A stretch of 62,535 nucleotides of DNA, filler included, from Nemertoderma westbladi (taxonomy: Eukaryota > Animalia > Xenacoelomorpha): NCBI GenBank assembly GCA_032718475.1. It is 4 parts of 4 records of this genome, joined end to end, with 100 filler letters (N's around TTAATTAATTAA, not from the genome) between each part and the next. Parts side by side here need not be neighbours in the genome. Positions count along the whole stretch, not along the records: positions 58,469 to 62,535 come from JAUCBJ010004578.1; 3 more parts are not named here. One strand, given 5' to 3'. Of this stretch, positions 61,116 to 62,535 are shown in pieces. Position 1 is the first letter of the stretch. Every line of letters starts with the position of its first letter. The notes under the pieces are model-generated. The model had not been told where the DNA came from and made no database searches. It was given only the letters and a program-made list of their open reading frames with translations. The position numbers and the translations under genes are program-made.

Positions 61116-61634
61116 TCAAATCATCTCAACCCCCGTAACTACAGCCACAACCAGCATATACCCTATAATTCCTCCAACTAGATGACCTTTAGAAGCTCCG
61201 CTCTCTAACATGCTGATTTTGTCCACATCTATGGCTGTTTCGCCGACGATTTTTCCGGAACTGTCCGGCACTGCACCATCTCCGGTAGTGACGTTCAGGA
61301 CTTCCGGCACTGCCCCATCTCTGGTAGTGCCATTCACGACTTCCGGCACTGCTTCATCTCTGGTAGTGCCGTTCACGACTTCCGGCACTGCTCCATCTCT
61401 GGTAGTGCCGTTCACGACTTCCGGCACTGCTCCATCTCTGGTAGTGCCGTTCACGATTTCCGGCAATGCTCCATCTCTGGTAGTGCCGTTCACGACTTCC
61501 GGCACTGCTCCATCTCCAGTAGCATTAGTCCTGTATTCCGACATCGCTCCGTCTGGTAATATACTTATTGCCAATGTAAAAATAATGCAGACCCAAAATC
61601 TATTTGAGGCAAGCATCCCCATTCCATTAGCCAT
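61116..61634 (-). CDS. Putative secreted, GPI-anchored or membrane glycoprotein with 13-aa repeats
   Basis: N-terminal hydrophobic signal (FWVCIIFTLAISIL), about 6.5 copies of GTTRDGAVPEVVN (39-bp units), 7 N-x-T sequons, SGA followed by a hydrophobic C-terminus. Confidence 0.65.
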   Translation of the reverse strand: MANGMGMLASNRFWVCIIFTLAISILPDGAMSEYRTNATGDGAVPEVVNGTTRDGALPEIVNGTTRDGAVPEVVNGTTRDGAVPEVVNGTTRDEAVPEVVNGTTRDGAVPEVLNVTTGDGAVPDSSGKIVGETAIDVDKISMLESGASKGHLVGGIIGYMLVVAVVTGVEMI

Positions 61635-61797
61635 CCTTAGGATTAATTATATATCGATAATAATGATCAATTCCAATACAGCAATAATACTGTATATTAG
61701 CTACTGTAGTTATGGTATTACGTAGTATAATAGTACTTAGTTACTTACTTATGGCACTTCTGGTATGTTATACAGAACAGCCTAAATTGCGTGTGCA

Positions 61798-62175
61798 AGT
61801 TTGCAGACAGGTTTACGGAAAGCTTTACAGAAAGGTTTACAGACAGGTTTGAGGACAGGTACTGTATGGAGACAAGTTTACGGAAACCTTTACAGAAAGG
61901 TAAGGTTTACAGACAGGTTTGAGGACAGGTATGGAGACAAGTTTACGGAAATCTTTACAGAAAGGTAAGGTTTACAGACAGACAGGTTTGAGGACAGGTT
62001 TGCGGACAAGTTTATGGATATGCTTGCGGACAGGTTTGCCGACTAGTTTGAGGACAGCAGTTTGCGAACAGGTTTATGGACAGGTTTACATACAAGATTA
62101 CGGGGAAGTTTGTGGACATGTTTGCGACAGATTTAAGGACAGGTTTGTAGACAGGTCTACGGACAGGTTTGCGTT
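61798..62175 (+). repeat. Degenerate ~12-bp tandem repeat (ACAGGTTTRCRG-like)
   Basis: Recurrent ACAGGTTT at about 12-bp spacing. Confidence 0.8.
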
Positions 62176-62535
62176 TACTACTGTGTGTCTATAATTGGTA
62201 GAGGCCTATGAAAATTTATACAAAATGTGAGGCCGTATTCATGAAAGCTAGGTTTCTAACCTACTACGGTGGGTTGGTTAGCTCGATTGTTAGTAACAAA
62301 TTAGGAAGGAACTATCAACCTTGATTTAATGAATGCGGCCTCTAGAGTTCAATGTCTCATTTTAAAGTCAGAGCTTAAAGATTTTTTACAAACTAAACTG
62401 AATAAATAATATAAATTCGTCGTTTTATAAGAAAATATCCTCTTTAACAAATACCAATTTATTTATTATGTTCTAGAATTTATGAGGGGCGAGCAACGAA
62501 GTGCGATACTTCGTGTACCAGTAGGGTTACCATTA

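Noticed and set aside
61210-61725. Plus-strand 171-aa Thr/Ser-rich ORF
   Set aside because: Antisense shadow of the minus-strand ORF, which has the coherent signal/repeat/anchor layout.

Overview
AT-rich, repeat-dense eukaryotic genomic DNA, most likely from an invertebrate animal. It consists of four contigs joined by identical artificial 100-nt gaps (44 N + TTAATTAATTAA + 44 N), so adjacency across 13968, 43078 and 58369 is unproven. Host genes are the 3' three exons of a DOCK3/4-type GEF (18770-24147, +), an uninterrupted TTC38 ORF (33956-35356, -) and a probable GPI-anchored repeat glycoprotein (61116-61634, -). The rest is mostly mobile DNA: a head-to-tail array of non-autonomous Helitron/Helentron-like elements, APE/RT LINE and RTE remnants, two Penelope-like GIY-YIG fragments, piggyBac, Mutator/Kolobok-like and pogo-like transposase relics, hAT/piggyBac/Kolobok/mariner-type non-autonomous elements, tRNA-derived SINE heads and several minisatellites. 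The most interesting unannotated signal is a set of minimal hammerhead-ribozyme motifs. One of them (57017-57146) is fused directly to a tRNA-like Pol III promoter, a SINE/retrozyme architecture. Also notable are co-varying termini in the Helitron-like array and an adjacent USP + OTU deubiquitinase-domain pair. All calls come from reading the sequence by eye; no searches were run.
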